From Chrysemys picta bellii (lineage: Eukaryota), in the NCBI RefSeq assembly GCF_011386835.1, contig NC_088796.1, positions 82,832,001-82,896,000 on the forward strand: a stretch of DNA of 64,000 nucleotides. The letters are read 5' to 3'. A program made the translations under genes and the position numbers. How positions within the stretch are numbered: position 1 is the stretch's first letter; every line of letters starts with the position of its first letter. Below the pieces are notes generated by a model. The model saw nothing but the letters and a program-made list of their open reading frames with translations. It made no database searches and had not been told where the DNA came from. Of this stretch, positions 59,862-64,000 are shown piece after piece.

Positions 59862-60958
59862 CCTCCCCAGCACCACAGGTGTGTCAGTTCGGGCACCCAG
59901 AACAATGGACAGAGAGATAAATTACGGTGGTGGTGGGGTAAGCTGGGGATGACCTAGCTGGAGGCTCCTACCCTGTGCTGAGCTCAGCTGCTAGTTCCGG
60001 CTGGATTGGGGAAGGATGGGACTTCCTCTTCCCTTGCACAGGGCAGCTGGGCTGGGGCTGGGTCAGACCTACCCCCAGAAACCTCCCCTGGCTGCAGAAA
60101 GCTCTGCCACCTCCCCTCCACTGTCTGCCCCCATCGTTCCTCAGCCATGGGGGAGAGGTCACTGTACAGGAGCTGCTCCCCCATCCACCCAACCCCCATG
60201 CATCCAGCCCATATCCAGATCCTCCCCACTGAGCCCCTCTACACCTAAATCCCCACCCCACTGAGCCTCATCCCCTGCAGCCGGAGCCCACCCAGACCAG
60301 CCCCCGCTGAGCCCCCTGCACTTGACCCCCAACCCCAATGAGCCTCCCCTGCACCTGGCTCCCCTACTAAGCTCCCCCACACCCAGCCCCCCCCGCTGAG
60401 CCCTATCTCCCCCAAATCCAGACCCCCCCCCGCTGAGCCCCAACCACCTTCACCTGGACCTTGCTACAGAGTCCCATGCCCCTGCACCCGGAACTGCCCA
60501 ACAAGCCCATGTGCATCTGGACCCCCCCACACCCAGACCCCCTCCAGGCCACCCACAGCCAGATTTCCCCATACAGAACCCTCTCATCTGGCTTCCCTCA
60601 CACTAAGCCCTTCTGCACTTGGATCCGGGCTGAGCCTGCCTGCCTGCCTACACCTGGATCGAGGGGCAGGGGTGGGTGTGCATATGAGACTCTGTTCCTT
60701 TTACTTGCTATCTTGGTGCACCTGGCGTGGAGGGGCAGGGCCCTGGGGTGTTTCTGGGACAGACCTGGCCCTTGCGCTTTATCAGCATTGGGTGCAGCCT
60801 CACCACCAATTCTGTATTCGGGGCGACTACAGGGTGATCTCTCACCCCACTGCAATGCTGAAGCCTCCACATTTATTTATGGACAAATAAAATATGCAGA
60901 ATTTTAAAATATTGTGTGCAGATTTTTTTTTTTTTTTGGCACAGAATTCCCTCAGGCG
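59862..60958. mobile_element. Turtle-type non-autonomous element with C-rich minisatellite (class uncertain)
   Basis: A GC-rich block with repeated ctgagcccc/ccccac units (~60170-60660). The right end, attttaaaatattgtgtgcagattttttttttttttggcacagaattccctcagg, resembles a common turtle repeat end (recall only). Confidence 0.5.
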
Positions 60959-60984
60959 TAGTGTGTGTGTTTGACTCCCAAACA

Positions 60985-62324
60985 GGGATGACTCGTGTCT
61001 GGTCAAAAAGGGACCCTGGCAGCTCCAGTCAGCACTGCTGACCAGGCTGTTAAAAGTCTGATTGCTGGTTGGGGGATGAGGCGGGGGCCTGCAGCAGCTC
61101 TCTCTGTGGAGCTCAGGAGCAGTATGAGCCCCGGCGGGCAAGGGGTGGATCCCAGCGGAGGGCTGGGAAAGACAGTAGCTGCCGTGGTGGCCCCCTCGCT
61201 GCCGCGATGAATGCTCCCTGGCCAGCAGGCGCAGAAAGAGGAGCCAGCCCGGCTCCCCACAGATTACATGAAGCTGGTGCGAGGGCAAGGGGCCAGGGCG
61301 AGCTGCCAGTGGCTGTCCTGTAGCCTGCTCCTGGGGGCTGCTGCTCCAGCCTTGTCTCGGGACCATGCAACCAGCAGCTAAGGGTCTGTGGACTTGTCAG
61401 TCTCCTCCCCAATGCATGGAAGCATGGGGCTAAAGTTGGGCTGCTCTCCCTGCGAATGGATCCAAGCAGAGTCACGCAGCAGCTGGGTGTGGAGACCCCA
61501 ACCAATGGCCAGACTGGGGGGACAAAGGAGAGGGGCTGGGGACCACTGCAAATGGTGGGGGGGATGAGGAGGGGACCTGCAGCAGAGTTCTCCCTCGAGC
61601 TGCTGTGATTTGGGCTACACTGGGGTTGGGGGGCGCAGCAGGCCAGGGACAGCAGTGGAGTATGTATGTGTGGCACTTGTGGGGAAGTTGCTCCCCCTCC
61701 TGCCCACATTCCAGAGAACAGGATTAACTTTTGTCCTTGGTGCACTGTCCAAGCCAGTGTCCAGGATTCATGGCAGATAGAGCAGCCTCTGAGCTCTGGG
61801 AAATGCCAGGGCAGTGCTGGTGTGGCTGCTATTTAAGGCCCCCCCCCAAAGCCACCCCAGCCAGAGCCGCCCAGAGCCTGCACCCCAATCCCCCTCCCAT
61901 GCCCCTGCCCCAGCCTGAAACCCCCTCCCACCCTCGGCCCCAGCCTGGAGCCCACGCCTGCACCCCAAACCCCTCATCCCTAGCCCCACTCCAGAACCTG
62001 CACCCCCAGCTGGATCCCTCATCTCCTCCCACACCCCCAACCCCCTGCCACAGCCTGAAGCCTCCTCCCACACTCCAAACCCCTTAGCCCCAGCTCAGAC
62101 CCCCCTCACCTCCTGGGCCCCAAACCCCTCATCCCCAGATCCCGCACCCTCAGTCAGAGCCCTCACCTCCCCCTGCCCCAGCCTGGTGAAAGTGAGTGAG
62201 GGGGGATGAGAGCAAGCAATGGAGGGAGGGGGAATGGTGTGATCGGGGGCAGGGCCTTGGAGAATGGGCGGGACCTTGGGGCAAGGGTGTTCGGTTTTCT
62301 GCAGTTAGAAAGTTGGCAACCCTA
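60985..62324. mobile_element. TAGGGTTGCCA-family hAT-like element with C-rich minisatellite
   Basis: The right terminus is AGTTGGCAACCCTA, and the left part aaaagggaccctggcagctccagtcagcactgctgacc is typical of the family. The left TIR was not found. Confidence 0.6.
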
Positions 62325-62744
62325 CTCCCAAATCTAGGATTGCACGGCCCAGAAGAGCTGGTAAATACCTGGATGTGGGACTGGAAGCATCCAATCCAAA
62401 TATGAACAGGCCCAGGCCAGCTCCATGCAGGATCCTGACCCTATGCTGTTTTGGCTGCTGGCTGGTGGAATTCTCAGCTCTATTTTCAGGCTCATGTTTA
62501 TCAAAGCTCCCACTAGGTATGGAGAGAAAAGGAACAGGAATGCAGCCAGTTCTAGCGTGCTGCAGAGAATGGCAAAAAACCAATGGGAGGAGATGCTGAG
62601 CTGGGTTGTCAATACAGCTGGGTTCTGTTCTAAGAGGAAAAAGAGGGGAGGGGTTGCTATGGCTGAGTTTTTCAGATGATTAGCAATATAGGGCTTATGA
62701 AACATGGAGGGGTAGTCCTGAGTCCACCCTTTGGTGTGATTTAG

Positions 62745-62945
62745 TAGTTAGAACAGGCGGGAAGCCAGGAGGCAGGACTCCTGGGTTCTAGTCTCAGCTG
62801 TTTATGGGGCATGGGCTCTTACATGATAACTAAGAGGGTAAGTTAGGACTCCTTTAGTTGTTCTGCCACACACTTTGTGTATGACCTCAAGCAAATCACT
62901 TCAGCTTTGTGCCTCAGTTTCCCCATGTGTAAAATTGGGCTAATC
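62745..62945 (+). mobile_element. MIR/CORE-SINE
   Basis: Contains ggaggcaggactcctgggttcta..gtatgacctcaagcaaatcacttcagctttgtgcctcagtttccccatgtgtaaaattggg. Confidence 0.65.
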
Positions 62946-63142
62946 TTATTTTCTCCCACCCAATAGACCAAATCCAAGCTCAGTTATGCCACTGTAAATG
63001 TGGAGTAACTCAACTCAACTTAATGGAGTTACTCCAAGTTTACACATCAGTAATTGAGCAGAAAAACTGGCCCTTAGTCTATCATGTCTATTTAGATTAT
63101 GAATGCATTCCTCCCCTACACATACGTATGCACGCCGTAGAA

Positions 63143-63376
63143 CAAAGGTTCTCAAACTTCATTGCATCACAACCCCCTCCTAACAACAAAAATTACTACA
63201 TGACCCCACTAGGGGGAGACTGAAGCCTGAGCCCCCCCAAGTTCTGTGGCCCTGAGCGGGGGGTGGGGGAGAGCCAAAGACCAAGGGCTTCAGGTCCACG
63301 CAGGGGCTATAACCTGAGCCCAACCAGCCCTGGTGACTTCCGCTTTGGGTCCTGACCCACAGTTTGAGAACCAGTG
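63143..63376. mobile_element. hAT-Charlie-type MITE
   Basis: TIRs CAAAGGTTCTCAAACT / AGTTTGAGAACCAGTG, with an 8-bp TSD ccgtagaa/ccctagaa. Confidence 0.8.
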
Positions 63377-63395
63377 CCCTAGAACAAGAAGGGAG

Positions 63396-63809
63396 CATAT
63401 GGACGCCCGGTGAATGCGCTGTTAGGGGAGGCTAGCCCCTAGCCCCTCCACCTCTGCGCAAGGTCCTGCCCCCCGCTTCCCTGCTGGATCCCAGAACACA
63501 CGGCCAGGGCTGCTGGCCCCCGGTGCATGCCCCTAGCACTCGGTGGGTGGGCGATGCAGCCGGAGCACCCTCCAGTCCCAGGCAGGTGGTGTGGTGGGAG
63601 CACCCCCACCTCCAGGGTGCTGGATGGGGAGCACGCTCCCAGCCCCGGGCCTTATGTGCATGGGCCCCAGCCTCTCAGCCACAGAAGAGCAGGAGGGGAA
63701 CTGAGGCAGGCAGGAGGGAGCATGGGGGCGGGGCAGAGTGTGGGTGGAGCCATGCCAGGCTGTTTGGGGAGGCACAGCCTTCCCCTGCCTATGCTACCCA
63801 CTGCCTATG
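63396..63809. mobile_element. GC-rich MITE-like element (family uncertain)
   Basis: CATA../..CCTATG termini, a flanking 6-bp direct repeat AGGGAG, and an abrupt GC-rich block. Confidence 0.5.
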
Positions 63810-64000
63810 AGGGAGAGCCAAATCACAGAACCCCCTAGTAGTAATCTAGGAAGGCAGGGATGACCAGGGTATGAAGTGATGCAGCTGTGGAATCACAGCA
63901 CCCCCAGAGTCTGTCTAGGGAGAAGCAACATGAGTGGGTAGGGAGGGGAGTAACGCATGCAGCACAGCACTCCCTGGTATGAGGTTTGACAGATTGAGCA

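Noticed and set aside
60461-62087. ORFs of 118-210 aa downstream of TPPP2
   Set aside because: They are low-complexity Pro/Gly/Ala translations of GC-rich MITE and minisatellite DNA.
1-64000. A prokaryotic-type novel system (CRISPR, defence island, operon)
   Set aside because: The sequence is intron-containing vertebrate DNA with no dense ORFs or spacer-repeat arrays. The recurring ~90-bp sequence is a dispersed retroelement fragment.

Overview
This is vertebrate genomic DNA, almost certainly from a turtle, inferred from a tortoise Pol III/SINE, PsCR1-type CR1 ends and turtle-type MITEs. It is not prokaryotic: there are no operons, CRISPR arrays, rRNA or true tRNA genes, and nearly all ORFs in the track are spurious or repeat-derived. 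The only confidently identifiable protein-coding gene is a TPPP-family gene, best matching TPPP2, on the + strand. Its three coding exons (58575-58744, 58926-59079, 59454-59636) give a 168-aa protein. The ~57 kb upstream is AT-rich non-coding DNA full of transposable elements: CR1 LINEs, MIR-like SINEs, hAT/Harbinger/Tigger MITEs (several with clean target-site duplications, TSDs), an RTE LINE fragment and a decayed Gmr1-like Gypsy relic with a SCAN-domain gag. The most interesting signal is a set of short Penelope-like retroelement derivatives carrying minimal type I hammerhead ribozyme (HHR) motifs. There are eight motifs in two families, with helix II sequence varying while pairing is kept, one double-ribozyme fold-back, and recurrent breakpoints at helix I. 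Hammerheads in Penelope-like elements are a known class, so novelty would lie in these turtle-specific details. All alignments and folds were done by eye, and repeat boundaries without TSDs are approximate.
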